A DNA stretch of 40,122 bases from Phoronis australis (lineage: Eukaryota > Animalia > Phoronida), in assembly GCA_002633005.1 (NCBI GenBank), contig NMRA01001206.1:1-40122 (forward strand), in the 5' to 3' direction. Below are positions 20,425 to 32,400 of this stretch, one piece after another. Both the position numbers and the translations under genes were made by a program. Each line of letters starts with the position of its first letter. Within the stretch, counting starts at the first letter, position 1. Below the pieces are notes generated by a model. That model worked only from the letters and a program-made list of their open reading frames with translations. It made no database searches and was not told where the DNA came from.

Positions 20425-23400
20425 CTGCAAACACAAAACCAATCATTTAAATTATCTCTAAAAGAGCAGCCTACTCTCACTAACAATGGGACACAGTTAG
20501 GCAAGCTGTTGTTTCATATACATAAAATAAAAACCTATTGATCAACACCTTTACTGAGCCTGCTAGTTCATTCTCTTCCAAGTGCATTGCTTCTTCACAC
20601 AGCTTCAATTAACACACGCAAGTCTGCACTAGCGAATCGCTACTTTGTGAGAAGCCCAGCTGTCTAACAGCTCATAATGCTAACCTGTGCTGCACAAGAT
20701 ATAACTCTGATCACCACCATAAGATGGGGTTACTGAGACATGAACAGCTTACCTCTTCTGGTGTCTCCGGTTCCTCCTCTTCATCCTCATCATCTTCATT
20801 ATCTTCATCATCTTTTTTCTTGTCTTTTTCTTCCTCTTTTCTAAAAACAGAAGAGACTTTGCTATGAATTGAAACTGGGGAAACATGACCTAACAGAGCC
20901 CTAAGGACTCACAAAAAATCCCCAAATTTAGAAGGTTATTTGAGGTGCTGAGGGTGGACGCTTTTGACGTCTCCACACTGCACTCTCATAGACAACTAGC
21001 ATCTGTCACTTATATACAAATAATACAATAATAGAATACAAACGCAGTTACCACAAGGCTAGCCTTCTATATCAGAGTATAGGAAAGCAAATATAATGAC
21101 CTAGTTAACACAAATATAATGACCTAGTTAACACAAATATAATGACCTAGTTAACACAAATATAATGACCTAGTTAACACAAATATAATGACCTAGTTAA
21201 CACAAATAAAAAATGCACAATGACATTAAGTGATATAAGAATGAAGATTAATTCAAATAAAATCTGATTTTCATGTTACTATTCACTATACACTCTCCTT
21301 CACTATTTGTTACTAATCACTTTCAAGATGTCTTATCACTGTGAAGATTTATAAACAACTACATGTAAAGGAATGTAATTGTGTCAAAAGCAAATGTTTT
21401 GATTTTTACAGACCGACTAGTTATGCGTTGAATTAAATTTGTCATCAAACCTGTTCTGAACTGAGCTCCAGAGAACCAGTGTAGAAACAAAGCAAACCGA
21501 TTGGTGAGTAATACAAAATTGCATCTTTACCTCTTCTTCTCTTCTTCTTCGTTCTTCTTCCTCTCTTCTTCATCCTGAGCATCCTTCATCTTCTTCTCTC
21601 CTTCCTTTGTCTTCTCCCACAGTTCCTTGGCATTGGCCTCTGCCTCTTCAATACTGTCTGTGATTATCACGTTGTCGAAGATGGTGCCAGATTTCACCTA
21701 AACAGCAAACCAACTCCACCCTGTATTATCACAGCTCAAACATTTCGGTATCTCCCATCTCAGTCAGCTTAAAACTATCACTCCATGGCCATTTCATCCC
21801 GTGCTTGAAATCAAAACCTTTATTTTGATGTCAAGAAACAAAAAGTAGGCCATGTTGCCAAATGCTAAGTACATCTAGAAATGATCTCTAGAGAACCGAC
21901 GGCCACTACTTCTTCGGACCAAACTCAATCAAATTTCAAATCAGACAAGCAGTAACATCACATATTACATGCTCAATATCAACCAGTATCAAATTGTCAG
22001 TTATTTCGAATCCCAGAAACCAGCTCTAACTTGACAAAGGAACAAATCAAGACTAAGTTCACAACCGTAGATGGACCATAGAAAGGACGAGTTTAGTGCC
22101 ACTTTGAAAAACAGGAATTTGCCATTTCGGCAATTTCTTTTTAGTCATGTTGATAAGAGATCCCCATAACTAGAATTACTCACAATCACCAACAAATCAA
22201 ATTCAAGCAAACTTTAAGAACGGCTAGAAACAACAAAGAACACAGCCGCTGACTCTGCAAGTCATGTGACAATCTAGGACAAGCCTTACCTGCCATAAAT
22301 CAAACCCAATGGCACCAATGTCGTCATACTTGTACAGTGTATCGTCAGCTTGGTATGAAGGGTTGTCAATCTCGGGGTGGACCCACTTGCCTTTGTAGTC
22401 AGGGTTGTCGATTTGCTTTGGCTTCCATTCACCCTGAAATACACAGAGATGACATGCAATTCAAGAGACAGGTGGCACCACCAACACACTTCATGTCCTT
22501 ATCACTTCCACATCCATTCCAATTTAGTCATCCAATCAGAGATGACAAATATGATCCTAATCATAGTGTATATCCAAGTCAACAGTGACGGCTCTCTGTC
22601 CCCCCTCATGTGGCTTTCCTAATCTGAGTTGATAGTGACGGCTCTCTTTTCCAATCAAGAGTTAACGATGACTCCCATTTCCTACCCTTATTTATCTAAT
22701 CAGAGTTGACAGTGACAGCTCTGTCTGTCCCTGCCCATATGATTTTTCCAATCAGACTAGCCGATGTCTCTCAGTTCCAACTCACCTTTCTCCATAGCTA
22801 ACAGTGACAGCCTTCCAATCCCACGCATGTTATTTTTCCAATCAAAGTTCACAATAACCCTCAGCTCCTCCCTATACCATTCATCAAGAATCCTATTGGC
22901 TAGTTCAAACACTCACCNAGGACTTGTGAAGATACAAAGGTAAGCGTAAAAAATTAAAATTGCCACTAGGGGGCACACCGGTAGTCGGATCCGTTCAAAA
23001 GTTCGCACATGCCGTCCCATTCATGAATGGAACATATGTGCCAAATTTCATGAACGTATGTCAAAGGGTTTTGGAGATAGAGCAGCGGACGCCGCCCGGA
23101 TGGACGGACGGACGGACAGAGATGACGGCATAATGCGTCCACATATAAATATGTGGGCGCATAAAAATACAGTCACACATGACTCCTTGTTTATAGTGTA
23201 TTTTAAATAACCATCACTCTACACAAATTTACAGAAAAAAACATGGCAACAAATAAAAAAAATTAACATACCTTGCAGCGGATTTCCTTTTTGGTCAACA
23301 AGTTATTTCCTTTGTAATTGAAGATGACATGAACCTTCTTAGTGCCAGGTCCACAGATGTCAGGGCCTGGAGTAGATCACCAAACAACAAATAAGTCGTA

Positions 23401-26146
23401 AACTAAGAGCATGGCAAGAAGAAATGTTAAAAACACCTCTCACACGCTTAAATGAATAATAAGTGAGAGCTTACTAACTAGGGCCACATCAATCAAACAT
23501 TATATCTGTCAAAACACACATCCGTTGTGCATAGCTTTTTGAGGTCCACAATCAGCAGTAAATTACTATGGTCTTAAGCTCGTACTTACCAAACATGATC
23601 AGGTAGGGTGAATCGCCATGCATACTTTTCTGATCAAGATCGCTGGCGAAAACCTTAGCATAACCACCTCCGCAATCAATGTTCTGTTCGTGTTTTACAG
23701 TGAACTGGATGACAAGAGTCTTTCCTTCATTGCTGAAGCTATCGAATTTTGCTGATAATCCATAAAACCTAGCATCTTGGGATGTCTGGATTCCTAAATA
23801 AATAACAGTAATTAATATTAATAAGTGCCATTCATTAATATTTAAATGGCCAAAAGATACACACTGCATAAAATTAATTAACAAGAAATGGGACCAAGTG
23901 TGCACCGCAAGCAGTATACCTTTGGCATGGCATGGAACAACCAATAAAAAAGAGGAAAATTTTACAGGTGATGTATAGTTTTACAAGTAAACAGGCTTAT
24001 GTGTTTTAAAATTTAACTGCAAGAAATGTTTTTTGCATGAATAATGATGATATAAAAGAGGAGAAACTGGAAATCAAATAAGAGGAAATCCAAACCAAAA
24101 AAGAGGAAAATTCCAAGCTCTGCTTTAGGGGCCAGTAGGAAGCAATACAACAGTCAAAACCCCTGAAATGTCAACATTAGTTTTTGATAATAGAGTCAGA
24201 CATTGGAAGAATGAAAAGTAACAAAAATTACAATAGGTGGCTCCACAGTAGTGAACTCAATAAGAAAAAATCTAGTGATTTTAGTTATGATCCTGGCAAA
24301 AAGGTGAACAATACAAATCAAACTAAAGACAATAGTCACAGTATGGCAGAGTGTATCGAATCTGCCTGGAAATAATCTCTTTGCCAAATTTCCTGAAAAT
24401 CCGTTGAGTAACTCCAGATACAAGAGAAAACTAAAATTACCACCACAGACCCCTACGCAGTAGTTGGGTCCATGCGATGGTCCAAGTCATTCAGCATCAT
24501 CGGAACAGGTCTATGAAAATCTCATGGAGATCCTGCCAGGGGTTTAAGGGATACAGACATTAAATGCCAAAGAGAGGTCAGCAATATGCCTGCATGTGAA
24601 GTTGCGGACAAAATCCTTAACGAAATACAGAAATGATCCAGCAACAGCACAAAATGCATCAAGTATACAAAAGGGCAAGACCTCACATTTAAAAGATGCT
24701 CCTAATAGGTCAGAGTTTCTTACAGTAGTCATTGCGTACCTTTGTCCTTTTCAGCATCTCCGTAGAACTTGCCAGCACTCCACTTGAACGCTCCTGCTTC
24801 AGCCCCTTTCTTGGTTGATGACACCCACCTGTTTTCCCAGCCATCTACGAGGTAAAAACTACTCATTACAATGGCCATTCAACGACTCTTACAAAGCTCC
24901 TGCAAGTCACAATGCAATATGGCATACAGCTAAGCGTCAATTGGTAATTCTGTAGGCTGCGACTTTATTAATCTGGCACTATTCAGTGTTCTCAACAGAA
25001 CTAACTTGAGCTTTTAAGGTAATTGGCAAAACGGTGTAAATTGAATCAATGAGACCACCATCGTGTAATCAAAGTTAAGATTTTAGTAAACATTTTTGTC
25101 ACCAAGAATATTTTCGCAGACCTGTGCACCACCAAAATTACATAGTAGTACTATGAACAACAGATTTGCAGATTTTCACTTTTCTCTCAGGAGCATCTTT
25201 TTGCCCACTTTGCCAAATGAGGGACTCAATCGCGCCCAACCCCCCCTCGGTGGAGCAGGACACTGTGAATGGTATTGGGAGAAAGAACAATTCCTCATGG
25301 TTTGTTGAACCTGTTTTATGTAAATTAAAAGAGTTTTGTGTTTACTATGGACGGTTGAAGTGAAGCACCAATGGAATTTCTAGTCCGGAGTGCCATCCCT
25401 TGTAGTATAATAGTGTATTGGGGACGATCAGAAGCTCAGGACACCTGTGCATTGCAGGTGGTATAGTACACATTGTACGAAACAAGGCTGCTCTGGTTTT
25501 CCCATTGCATTGATCACTTGGAACAAACAGGATTAGCTTAAACGGTGTTCGAAGTCTTAATTTGAACACGATCGCGACTGGAGTACATGGATAAGACGTA
25601 TAAAATCAACTTCAACATCCAATATATGAAGAACATAAACATATGTTGTAAAGCGAACACCACAGAGCAACCTTTTCATATCTTCTGAACATATAGACAA
25701 GACATTACTCCATCTTGAAAATATGCGAAGTTTTGGTAGTTCATATTTGAGTCATTTGGCTGGTACAGTCTGGTCTGCTGACTGGTCAGGTTGGAAATTA
25801 CGTTCAATCAGATTGCTAAGTTTGTTAACATAGCAAATTAGCAGCTAACTTTAGAGCAACTAGGCTTAAACAACAACAACACAAATACTCTCGTCTGTTT
25901 TTGTCCTCGTACCATCGACAACGGCTCACTCACGAGCATAAACTACCACGAGAGTCTATTAGGAGTATTAGGATAGGAACACAACCGAACACATGGACTG
26001 CAATCAATCGCTGGCAGACATGGGAACTTAAAACCGGGTCTCACATTTCTTAAAATATACAAACCGTCAAACTTTTCTTGAAAGAGGATGGTAGCATGAA
26101 CACAAGAAGCAGCTAACAACGCTGCAAATGCAACTGCAATCTTCAT
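20353..26146 (-). CDS. CALR: Calreticulin; complement(join(20353..20424,20753..20840,21531..21697,22290..22433,[gap],23272..23366,23590..23793,24740..24844,26065..26146))
   Basis: Signal peptide MKIAVAFAALLAASCVHA; KHEQNIDCGGGYAK; IMFGPDICGPGTKKVHVIFNYKG; GEWKPKQIDNPDYKG; DLWQVKSGTIFDN; acidic tail; C-terminal HDEL. Confidence 0.98.
20753..20840 (-). CDS. CALR: Calreticulin acidic-tail exon
   Basis: Phase 2-0, KEEEKDKKKDDEDNEDDEDEEEEPETPEE. Confidence 0.9.
21089..21208. repeat. 24-bp minisatellite, 5 copies
   Basis: Unit AAATATAATGACCTAGTTAACACA. Confidence 0.95.
21531..21697 (-). CDS. CALR: Calreticulin exon VKSGTIFDNVIITD...EEEEKKR
   Basis: GT-AG boundaries, phase 0-2. Confidence 0.95.
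22290..22433 (-). CDS. CALR: Calreticulin exon GEWKPKQIDNPDYKGKWVHPEIDNP...FDLWQ
   Basis: 144 nt, P-domain type-2 repeats. Confidence 0.97.
22520..22860. repeat. Degenerate tandem repeat
   Basis: Recurring (T)CCAATCAGAGTTGACAGTGAC(A/G)GCTCT variants. Confidence 0.55.
22919..23167 (+). mobile_element. Helentron/DINE-1-like non-autonomous element (3' part)
   Basis: TGCCAAATTTCATG core, (GGAC)n microsatellite, terminal hairpin ATGCGTCCACATAT-AA-ATATGTGGGCGCAT followed by an A-run. Confidence 0.65.
23272..23366 (-). CDS. CALR: Calreticulin exon 4 PDICGPGTKKVHVIFNYKGNNLLTKKEIRCK
   Basis: 95 nt, signature 2. Confidence 0.97.
23590..23793 (-). CDS. CALR: Calreticulin exon 3 IQTSQDARFY...DCGGGY...IMFG
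   Basis: 204 nt, calreticulin signature 1. Confidence 0.97.
24740..24844 (-). CDS. CALR: Calreticulin exon 2 DGWENRWVSS...AGKFYGDAEKDKG
   Basis: GT-AG boundaries, phase 1-1, conserved N-domain. Confidence 0.95.
26065..26146 (-). CDS. CALR: Calreticulin exon 1 (signal peptide)
   Basis: ATG at 26146; G|gtttgt donor. Confidence 0.93.
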
Positions 26147-26204
26147 GTTTTGGGAAAAATACAAGAAAACAACCGCCTGTCTCTGTCCACAAACCCCCTT
26201 TTAC

Positions 26205-26300
26205 ACCTAAACGTGGGAAAGGAATACAATACCACGTGACCAAGTACAGATGGAGGTCTCCTATTGGTCAATGAGTTGAAACCAATCAGAAATCAACACG
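26205..26300. promoter_or_regulatory. ER-stress-type promoter: ERSE-like CCAAT-N9-ACACG (26282-26300,+), CCAAT-N9-CCATC (26267-26249,-), CCACGTGAC (26232-26240), ACGTGG (26211-26216)
   Basis: Motifs read directly 65-155 bp upstream of the calreticulin ATG. The ERSE consensus is CCAAT-N9-CCACG (NF-Y plus ATF6/XBP1). Confidence 0.7.
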
Positions 26301-26339
26301 AGTTAGCTTTCGGTAAATTCCGTTGTAACACGGCTGATC

Positions 26340-26460
26340 CCGAATCCGGAAACAGAATAGGTTTATGGGAAGTCTTGCGAGCGGAAGTATTTAACTTTTT
26401 TAAACCAGTTGGTTTTGTTGTTGAGTTATTGAAGGGATGGTTTGGTAAAAACATTGCTGT
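26340..26460 (+). other. Candidate non-coding first exon of the C19orf44 homolog (5' end uncertain)
   Basis: gtgagt donor at 26461; ETS-like CGGAA motifs near 26347 and 26381. The ATG exon at 29316 begins at a splice acceptor, so an upstream exon is required. Confidence 0.45.
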
Positions 26461-26770
26461 GTGAGTGCCCGATTAACACTAACCTCGTAGAAATTACCTT
26501 AGACCCACCTAATTCCATAATCGTAAGGATACTTAAAGCGACTGAATTTGCTCTAAGTGTTATATAAAATAAAGTGAAAGTGTACATTACAGACGGTACA
26601 GTATCGCAGACAACAAGTAAAAGTTAAACATTCAATGGTGCGTTGTGTTATAATTAACTTTTGCGTAGAGAGGGAACCATAGGAGGCCGTCGACGTATTT
26701 AACTCTCTCCAACAAATACTCCTGTTATCAAACTTTTTCTTCAAGCAGCCCCTCGTTAATTTTCTAAAAT

Positions 26771-26867
26771 CTGTAACTCAACCATTTTTAACACAGCTAG
26801 TGCGTGCCAGGCCCAGGCCAGGGGACATGACCTGGCGTGCGCAGTGTTAAAAATGGTGAGTTACCAG
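26771..26867. repeat. About 95-bp hairpin or mini-MITE
   Basis: TAACTC(A)ACCATTTTTAACAC ... GTGTTAAAAATGGTGAGTTA. Confidence 0.65.
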
Positions 26868-27708
26868 TCTTGGGAACTGAACGAAGGACTGCTCAAAGAA
26901 AAAGTTCGACAACGGGAGTATTTGTTCGAGTTGGAAGGAATTACATATATCGATGGCCTCCTAAGCCTAAGGTGTCCCGTGAGCAAAGGGTATTTATAAC
27001 AATGTGACTCTGATGTTTTAGTCAGTGCAAGGCATAATTCGTCGAAAAGCTTCCGGCATCTATGAATCACCTTAGGAGCTCCACGAGTCCACGGTCCCAC
27101 TTATATGTAGTACTAGTACTGCAGTCACAACACTCAACAGACAACAATCTGACAATGACCAAGTCCAAGACTTGCCCGTCTATGGCAAGGCATTCGAACA
27201 GGTCCAGTGTAGTAGACATTTGCACCGTCGTCTCCACTTGCCGCAGTAGAGACAGTAGTCAATCCATAAGCCACCAATTATGCTGTGGAAACTCTTCAAC
27301 GAATTATGCATCATACTGATTAATGATCAATGTTATCTTGTACCTTTCGTCACGCGCTTGTCGTTGATGTTTCATATGACTTTAGCGCCTTCTAACTGGA
27401 AAACAAGCTTCTATAATCAAAGTTTTTTTCGAACAATCTATCATCCGGTAACTGACTGTCTTTGCCCAGCTCAGGCCACTGTGTAGCCTGTAAGAGGTAT
27501 GTTCTGAAAAGATTGAAACATGGTAAGCTTTCGTGATCTTGGAATGTGTCTGAACCATGAAAATATTAATTTTTTGTCAAGTCTAGCATCGGACGTTCGG
27601 GTGCTTCAAATCCAAATGACATGTGTACCCCTCAAAACCGTAACTTACAAACTGAAGCGTTATCTTCCACAGCTGATTACTTAGTTGTAAATGACAAGAT
27701 CCAACTTT

Positions 27709-27863
27709 CATGCACGCACCCAGGGGGGGGGGCTCGAATGAGCACAGGTCACAGTTCTGAAGGTCGTACCCGTTTTTTTTTAGTCCCGCCGCATTTTGTC
27801 AGCAAAAGGTCCACATCGCCAGAAATTCGAGCCCCACCGTATTAAAGGCTGAGTGCGCGCATG
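27709..27863. mobile_element. MITE, CATGCGCGCACCCAG-TIR family, copy 1
   Basis: CATGCACGCACCCAG ... CTGAGTGCGCGCATG. Confidence 0.6.
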
Positions 27864-29326
27864 ACTAAGGAACTTACCGGTATGTGCAAAAATCTAGCAA
27901 AGTGGGGAAGTTGCTTGTGTCAATTTGCAAAAATTTGAAGTTGTCCCATTTTGAAACTTGCATCAAATTGTGATAGCCTACTAGTAGTGATTATCTATTT
28001 GTGTAGTTGTGAGATTCAAATGACACTGTCTTGTCCGTTACAACCATTTGCTAGAAGTGCAATATAATTGTTGTCTTAATGTCATTGATAGCGTTACAAC
28101 AGTCCTGTTCAGATACGTGCACATCAGTTTGATGAGTTAAAGATCACACTACGTTAGTCGAACTATTTGTTACAAGATGTTCTGTAACTCCTGCAGTGCT
28201 ATCTATTGTTGGCTACTTATAATAATTTAATGGCATTTACGTGCATCAGTTTCTTTTTGTTACAAGAAAGTCAGTCAACAATTTCAAAATCGTGAAAAGA
28301 ATCCTACTTTTCCACCCTAAGTTATCGGCTGTGATTGGCCAACTCGACCGGATTGCGTGTCGTGGAATCGGGCAGTTTAGATCAAAGACACTTAGCTGCC
28401 GAGGTTAATTAAATCGCCTCAGGCTCATCATGTTAACGTTCTCTCAGTAATGAGACCATCATAAACACGTTGGGAGTGACAATAGTTTCTTTTGAAAGTT
28501 TATAATTGTTTTGAATAGTTTTTGAATAGGATTTTGAATTTTGAAAATTGGACAAGAAATATGACTTTTGTGACTTAAAACATTTCCTTAAGGTTGCAAT
28601 AATAAGGTGTTCATTATTAATTCTCCTGGTTGTGCAACACAATTGGGCCAATTACCAAACCACCAGGCAGCAGTTGGATTTTGAGGTAAGCCATGAGTCA
28701 TCGAACAATTCTTGGCATGATTGTAGGCTTGTGGCATTTTCACAGTTTTTTGTTTTTGTTTTGGCTGCATGTGAGGTGGTTACAACTTCCATCAAACACA
28801 AATCTGTTCAGAATTTTTATTTTCTGACTGATAAAGCAATGAAGTGAAATTTATTCGTGTAACTTGTCGTGAACTCTGTGCAAACTTCCAAAAAAGAACG
28901 GGGTACTGAAGTGTAAGCAAGAACACGAAGTTGGCCAGCAAGTGCCGCTCTATTTCATGGCACTCAAAGTTTATGCACATGCTCGCTCCACCAATTCAGT
29001 TGCAGAATAACTGGTTAAATGGCATTGCTTTCATGCCGGTTACTAACTTAGCTAACCAAGGAAGAGTGCAGTTTTTAAAATGGCGTTAATTTTTGTCACA
29101 TTTTATTTCACTAGTTTTGCCTATTTGTTCCGAGCTCTATATTATACACGTATGTTCCAAGACTGTTGCTTCACTTTATGATAACTCCTCAAGTTGACTG
29201 GTAGGCAACAACTCCATCTTGTTTGAAAATATTAAGTTACCAGACATTCAGCAGAGGGTGAATACAAGATTTTAAAGATCTTGATCGTTTTTATCACACT
29301 TGTGTGTCTTTCTAGGGGACTGCACC

Positions 29327-29449
29327 ATGTATAGGAAGAACAATGCCTCGGCTCTGTTGCAGAAGGCTTCATCTCAGCTGAGTGGACAGAAGCCAACCTC
29401 TAGAGGTGTGGCAAGAACATATGAGGGTGACAGTGAAGAGGAAATTGAT
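29327..29449 (+). CDS. C19orf44: C19orf44-like first coding exon MYRKNNASALLQKASSQL...EEEID
   Basis: tctag acceptor at 29315, Kozak-like CACCATG, gtaact donor. Confidence 0.78.
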
Positions 29450-32400
29450 GTAACTATGACTGTGGATGTATAGAATATACTTGACCTTGTTCTCCTACCC
29501 ATCAATGTTTTAACTTTGAGAATTGTGAACCTCACAAGTGTGTAACAAGCTGGTACTGACGAACAGTGCTTCTGTTTCTTTTCTGAACTGCCAGCCCTCA
29601 GAACTGACTGGTTGATTACTGGGTCCCTGAAAATATTGCCTGTCACCTAAATCTCATTTGACATTCCTTGATGAAATTTGAGTCAACGTCGCATGTCCTG
29701 TGCAATATGGCACACTTCAGTATCACAAATATCGGAACTGTAGGGCCTAGACGAGGTCGGAGTGTATTCATTTACATGTCACGCTTGTGTTGACTGTGTA
29801 ACAGTGGTCGGAAGTCATCTGTATTTTTCCAAAAAACATTTGATTTTAAAAAAATACGTACTTTTATATATTCAAATAGACATGAAAAAGTACACATTGA
29901 AAAAAATCGGAACAAATATATATAATTCTTTTGAGGAAGTCATCGACAGCAAAACTAAGCGACATTGGTGTACTGACAGGGTTGTGCAGCACCATATTGT
30001 AACTACCTGTAACAGTACATGTGGTGTTGGTTCGAAATGATAAAACAAACAAAACGCATAGCATTCATTTACTGTGCTACCATTGCGCAATGACCTTCGC
30101 TTTTTCCTGTCCGAAATACTGGCATTCATTTTCCATGTGATTTTTTACTCTCAATTGTGTTCAGGGAAACAAATTTCAAAATTTGGAACATGTAATTGTT
30201 GTGTGCGTATATTAGTTATGATCAATATTAACTGCTCACGTATTCCACTGGCCTCTGGGACTGGTGGGATGAAAAGTTACGATCTGGCTTACAAAATTAC
30301 AGTAGTCTGGTAAAATAGCGGTGTGTACTAGTAAAGGGAACACTGACAAGTCCACTGACTTGAGAAGTCACCTAAATGTGGAAGGTTAATCAAGGTCTGT
30401 TAGCAGAGTTGGACTGCCTCGAACCAAAGGAGACTTAGCCGTGATATCTCAAGGGAAAGATTTAGCCAGGGCCGCCTCTTATTCCTCAGGCCAATTGTAC
30501 AAGTTATCAGTTTCAGAGTGAACTTTGACCTTGGACTAAATAGATGTATGAATTCCTGTCCAGTTTCTCGTAACGATCCTCGTGGAGGTTTGATCATTTG
30601 GCTGTCAGGCTGTGTCTTAAGACAATGCAGGGGTCTCAAAATGTGTTGAAATATGGAATGATGCACCCATGCTGCCTGTGTTTTTGAATCACGAAAAATT
30701 TTATTCAGTGTCTCCAGAAAAGCTGAAAGAATGGATTTCAAATGTCAATGACCTCAACTTCTCAAACAAAAAGTCAAAACTTTGCGAAAACTTGTAAATT
30801 TAATTTAGTCAAGCTTTAACTCCAAATAATACAAGAAACATGGCGTCAGCAGCCTAGGCTTATGTAACACTAATTTTTCATGCTTGTAGAAATATCTGAG
30901 CTCGCTTGGTAAGAAAGTAAATGTCAGCACAAAGTTCTCCAGCGTGGACGATGTCTCCATCTCTAGCAGTGATGGCAGTTTCAAAAAAGGCAAATTTCCC
31001 AAGAACAATGGCGGAGACGGTGATCGAAGTAAATTCCTGAAGAAAACTGCCAAAACTGGGGGTACCACAAAAGCTCTTATCGAACGCACCTCAAAACCTG
31101 CTCATACCACGTCGGACACATTCAATCAAACTGGCACAAGTCAGAAAACTATTATGTCGCCGGCTTTAAACAAAGTGGCCAATTTAACCAGCAAATATTT
31201 GAAAAAAGATGTTTCTATGAAACCCAAAGGTAGTCCAGTAGTTAGTGATAGTGACTTGGATATGGATATGAGTCAAGATTCAGATGTGTTAGCCGACATG
31301 AGACAACTGAAAGCTGGAGCCGGGTCTGACCCTGGCAAGAAAGCAAAGTCTGTCAACAGGGTGTTGAAGAGCTCTAGTGCTGCTAGTGGAGGCCATGATA
31401 GGGCATTAGGCATGATTATTAGTGACTCTAAGCCGATGAAGAAGTTTACCCAATCATCTGTTGTGTCTGGTGCACAGCAGAACCTAGCATCTAGTGAGGA
31501 GTCTGACAGCAACTCCAGTTTTGCAAAAGCCAAGTCGTTCTTGAAGAAGGGATCACAATTAAAAAATGTGCATGGAGCGGGAAAGGTGTCAGTACCTATG
31601 ACTTCAACACCAAAGAAAACTTCCGGTTTGTATTTGTGTCCTTGTACAGATATTTATTTTAAATATCTCGCAATTTCATACTGGTCATCTTTTTTCCCAA
31701 AAAAATGACTGACTAACGTGCTCTGTAAGTGATGACCCCTTCTATAACTTTTCTTGCGAAACAGAAACAGATTCTCTAAGTACATCAGATATATCATCAA
31801 CGTGATTCCTGTATTCTTGACTCACATGTCTCTTGGGCTTTTGTTTCTATCCTGTAAAAAGCTGACTTCCAAAAATCACTATGAGGTAGTAATGTTGTAC
31901 CATTTTTAAATCTATGGGCCATTTGTTACAACCTCGAACCAAGACGCCATGCCAATGTAAATAGGCTAAAGATTGGTGTAAGTAGACCTGTAATAGATTT
32001 TAGAAACAATCCCAGTAAAACATGATAGGCCTATTAATTCTTGAGAATGTTACGGTAAGGGTTTGGAACACGAGTGTTGTGGAGTGAATATCCTCCAACA
32101 CAAGTCCTGTGGAGCGCATATCCTAAAACACAAAGGGTTTTCAACTGCGTTTGCTCTATGGTAAGTATCTGTTATCTCCAGTTAAGCCCGCCCAAGCGCT
32201 GACAGTGGACACAGATGAAGAAGACCTAGCCCAGTTTATGCAAGGTCTCTCACCGTCCCCTGTCGCCGCTTCTGATCCAAATGAGGGCAGCCATGATGCT
32301 TCCATCATATCAAACTCACAACCAGTGTCTGTCAACCATCGCAAGGTGAGATCACATCATAATTAAACCCATATCACAGTCTAAGTCAACAGAGTGGCTT

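Noticed and set aside
20353-26146. Calreticulin as a pseudogene or naturally deleted variant
   Set aside because: All visible exons are intact, and the missing part coincides exactly with an N gap and an orphan donor
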